This document shows positions 62,645 through 64,000 of a stretch of DNA of 64,000 nucleotides, one piece after another. A program made the translations under genes and the position numbers. Below the pieces are notes generated by a model. It was not told the DNA's origin. It saw only the letters and a list, made by a program, of their open reading frames with translations, and searched no databases. The DNA comes from Chrysomallon squamiferum. Lineage: Eukaryota; Animalia; Mollusca. The DNA lies in assembly GCA_012295275.1 (NCBI GenBank), contig CM022672.1, positions 21,080,001 to 21,144,000 of the forward strand, written 5' to 3'. How positions within the stretch are numbered: position 1 is the stretch's first letter; every line of letters begins with the position of its first letter.

Positions 62645-62675
62645 ATGATGAAAATTGGTTTAGCTGCAATTGTCT
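62645..62675 (+). CDS. First coding (signal-peptide) exon of a third M4 protease paralog; the rest is expected beyond the window
   Basis: ttcag acceptor at 62616, then ATG ATG AAA ATT GGT TTA GCT GCA ATT GTC T|gtaagt = MMKIGLAAIV. Same length, phase and donor as copy-1 exon 50818-50848. Confidence 0.8.
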
Positions 62676-64000
62676 GTAAGTATATTTTGTTGATTCTAAT
62701 ATATTTCTATTAGTGAAATGCCTTTTATAGTTCCCTGAACATACCGACATTCTGTTAAATTTTTAATATTTTAATAACAGCTCTTTCAAGTCATTTAAAT
62801 AGCTCCTGGTTTGGAATCGTTCATTATAACAATAATAAGATCAAATAGTTTGTGAAATGGTTCAGGTCAGATGCGAAGCAGTATACTTCAGTTCTTAATG
62901 CCTAGGATTGTTTAAATCCTTACTGGGTTGTATTTGGACCGAATGAGCAGTAAAATTCACATTCAGTAGATCATAATTATACTTGCACTTTCAACAGTGA
63001 ACTATAGACAGTACTACTGAAGTTAAATTCTTAACTGAGATATCAAATCTTTTAAAAATAATTTTCTTATGACACTAAGATTTTAACGAGAAATACAAAC
63101 AACAATTTCACGCATCTTATTATCCTAAGTTATTGTAATAGTGTCACGAGTTTTGTTGTTTAATGGGTACAAAAAACAAAGTCTAAAACATAGAATTTTC
63201 AGTCCATGGAAAACTCAAATTCTAAAATAGACTAATCATCATTTTCATAATGTTTTGTAATCCGTTTCGTTTGAGAGTCATTTAATGAAATTTTCCACGC
63301 TGGAACTTCTGTTTTGGCAAGAGTTTGTATTCATAAAATGCTTATTATTTGGTGAAGTTTATACAAAATTATATATATTTTGAACAATTGTCTAAAATGT
63401 ATTCCTATCCTTAAACTGATTTGGGGGTGCTAATATCTATTTGCGTCTCACAGGGAATACTGTCAGAAAACACGTCTGAGCGACTTCATGTAGTCAGGAA
63501 TATCTATGAATAGTTACAAAAAATTTGTATTAACCTTTTGCATATATATTCAGGATAGTAACCAGAGAATTATACCGTCATATTTCTACTGTTAGTTGAA
63601 CATCATGGGGACAGGTTGAAACTAACATTTGTAGTTAGAAATGTTCTTTTTTCTACGATGGAAATCAATATAACTAACATGGACACCTTGCATCCAAATC
63701 GTGTTCAAAGTCCAACTTGTATAGTAATCTAGGGGTTTCCAAACATTTTATTTCACCGATCCCTTTGATGATGTCCGAATAATCGAGAGTTTGATAATTA
63801 AATATTTAGAAGATGTTTTTTTTACGACGTGTTCGTTGAATAATAATGATTACGGTATAGTAAAAACTGAATATTAAAAAAACGAAAATATACACCACCA
63901 ACAACAACAACAACAAACAAACAAAAAAAAAAACACACAAAAAAACACAAAAAAACCCTCAAACAAAACAAACAAACAAAACAAACAAACAAACTAATAA

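Noticed and set aside
63729-63765. hAT-like terminus (taggggtttccaaac)
   Set aside because: No matching second TIR or target-site duplication was found within the window.

Overview
This is AT-rich, microsatellite-laden eukaryotic DNA with GT-AG introns. It is most likely an invertebrate, probably a mollusc (inferred from gene content and a SINE-like fragment recalled from gastropods). I reconstructed four multi-exon host genes by hand. (1) A + strand type-I membrane receptor with signal peptide, 8 Ig and 5 FN3 domains, a TM helix and a tail (3631-22766). (2) A - strand stand-alone saccharopine dehydrogenase, equivalent to the C-terminal half of AASS with no LKR domain (25836-32471, 452 aa). 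(3) A - strand C1orf131/FSAF1 (DUF4602) homolog (35331-38579). (4) TRUB2, head-to-head with gene 3 (39366-43450), with Ser at the catalytic Asp position. From ~43.6 kb the sequence becomes a patchwork of duplicated non-coding modules containing a tandem array of bacterial-type M4 (thermolysin/pseudolysin/vibriolysin) zinc metalloprotease genes. The array has one intact 658-aa gene with CCAAT/TATA promoter, a non-coding exon, a spliced signal-peptide exon, a KR/Q convertase-like site and a Tyr-rich C-terminal domain. It also has one decayed pseudogene and the promoter plus first exons of a third copy running off the window. This apparently domesticated horizontal acquisition is the top finding. 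All exon models and family calls come from reading the sequence and recalled motifs; no search was run.
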